Shown here piece after piece: positions 15,522 to 16,620 of a DNA stretch of 16,620 nucleotides. Position 1 is the stretch's first letter, and each line of letters starts with the position of its first letter. Made by a program: the position numbers and the translations under genes. The DNA comes from Elusimicrobiota bacterium (GTDB taxonomy: Bacteria > Elusimicrobiota > Elusimicrobia > F11): contig JBJXGI010000076.1 of the NCBI GenBank assembly GCA_046153645.1, positions 1 to 16,620 of the forward strand, given 5' to 3'. Under the pieces are notes generated by a model. That model was not told where the DNA came from. It ran no database searches and saw only the letters and a list, made by a program, of their open reading frames with translations.

Positions 15522-15761
15522 ATGAAAAATAAAGCAATATTTTATCACGCAGGTTGCCCGGTTTGTGTGAGCGCAGAACAAGGTGTGACAAGCGCCATTG
15601 ATCAGAATAGGTATCAAATTGAAATTGTTCACTTGGGAAAAGACAAAAATCGTATTTCTGAAGCTGAAAAAGCCGGCGTCAAATCAGTTCCAGCCTTGGT
15701 TATTGATGAACGCGTTTTTCATATCAACTTCGGAGCAAACTTAAGCGATTTGAAAAATTAG
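15522..15761 (+). CDS. small thioredoxin/glutaredoxin-like protein
   Basis: AAGGAG RBS, FYHAGCPVC, GVKSVPALV, FHINFGA. Confidence 0.9.
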   Translation: MKNKAIFYHAGCPVCVSAEQGVTSAIDQNRYQIEIVHLGKDKNRISEAEKAGVKSVPALVIDERVFHINFGANLSDLKN

Positions 15762-15814
15762 TTTTCAATTGCGGTTTATTATTTGATGGATTGAACTTGA
15801 GAAGAAAAAACCTG

Positions 15815-16273
15815 TTATCGATTCGAATGAATCACGCCACTCGTGTGGCTGCCGGCGCAATCTGAACCTGTAAAAAATATGTTGAGAAGAGTGCTCGGTC
15901 TGTTTCCTTCGGCTGTTCCCGTAAAAGTCCCTGCGCAGGGTGAGGTTTGATTCATCACAACGTCCATATGGTCGGTGTAAATGTAGCCATCCACGGTTCC
16001 TTGAATATTTAAATCCGGCACAGAATAACTTCCTTGAACCGTGGAGCCATTTTGGTTAAAGCTCATACTCACTGTTTTAGAAGAAGTATAAATAGAAGTG
16101 GAATACTCACCCGTCCAGCTGCCTTGCGTGTTAAGCGTGTAAGGGGTGGGGTTTGAAAAGCTAGAGCCTTTTTTGTCTTTTTCACACCCGGAAAAAATAA
16201 AAATCACCCCTAAAATAAGAGGCAAAAATGTTTTTTTCATCAGAGCGGCACTATTTTTATTAGAGATTTTCAT
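15815..16273 (-). CDS. hypothetical lipoprotein (start may be ATG 16240)
   Basis: MKKTFLPLILGVIFIFSGC lipobox, followed by a Ser/Thr/Gly-rich beta-type sequence. Confidence 0.7.
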   Translation of the reverse strand: MKISNKNSAALMKKTFLPLILGVIFIFSGCEKDKKGSSFSNPTPYTLNTQGSWTGEYSTSIYTSSKTVSMSFNQNGSTVQGSYSVPDLNIQGTVDGYIYTDHMDVVMNQTSPCAGTFTGTAEGNRPSTLLNIFFTGSDCAGSHTSGVIHSNR

Positions 16274-16350
16274 AAGCTATTTTGGCTTATATTGCCTTAA
16301 AATCTCTTTAAGAACAGGTTAAGCTTGGGTTAAAAATTTATAGAAAAGTA

Positions 16351-16620
16351 TTAACTCTCAAAGCTGCAAAGGTATTCGGTTAAGCCCTCTTTAACTGTGA
16401 TATCAAAAGATGATCTTGGAGCAACAAAGAATGTTTCACCTGTTGAATATTTCTTTTCTAAACTTTCGGTGGCTAGTTTAACGAAACATTCTCCGGAAAT
16501 AATGTCCATTCTCTCTCCTTCTTCGGTTTTGAAATGATATTGCCCAGGTCGGATTGCGCCAATGGTTTGGCGTTTTCCATCTTTAGAAAGAATTGTATGA
16601 CTCACCACGCCACCATCAAA
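16351..16620 (-). CDS. ppnP: pyrimidine/purine nucleoside phosphorylase (DUF1255), 5' end outside the window
   Basis: The frame stays open to the window edge (FDGGVVSH). T.G...PG.Y.F.T...E.M.I.SG and F.V...SSF...V.....YLC.F. Confidence 0.88.
   Translation of the reverse strand, partial: FDGGVVSHTILSKDGKRQTIGAIRPGQYHFKTEEGERMDIISGECFVKLATESLEKKYSTGETFFVAPRSSFDITVKEGLTEYLCSFES

Overview
A bacterial window, mostly AT-rich. Left part: an N-truncated ORF6N-type gene converges on a tight minus-strand run of wHTH-HATPase, DUF4325/STAS-like, xth, top6B and top6A (archaeal-type topoisomerase VI), with a palindrome over the run's promoter. Middle: mtgA, a tandem SRPBCC gene, a minimal Rhs-core/toxin gene with a signal peptide plus a lipoprotein partner, pseudogene debris and a Cys/His-rich Spy-like gene. 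Right part: DoxX, DUF1579, HxlR/thioredoxin, a lipoprotein and a partial ppnP. The most unusual structure is at about 10158-13950 (- strand): [100-bp conserved site] - TPR gene - [5' half of a tRNA-Ser(TGA) ending exactly at the anticodon loop] - [second copy of the site] - DUF6680-like gene - intact tRNA-Ser(TGA) - truncated AbiTii-like gene. This reads like a tandem array of single-gene cassettes with no integrase of their own, recombining at the tRNA anticodon loop and supplying the tRNA 5' half (an integron-like, tRNA-anchored array). That mechanism is inference. Family calls come from motif recognition, not database searches.
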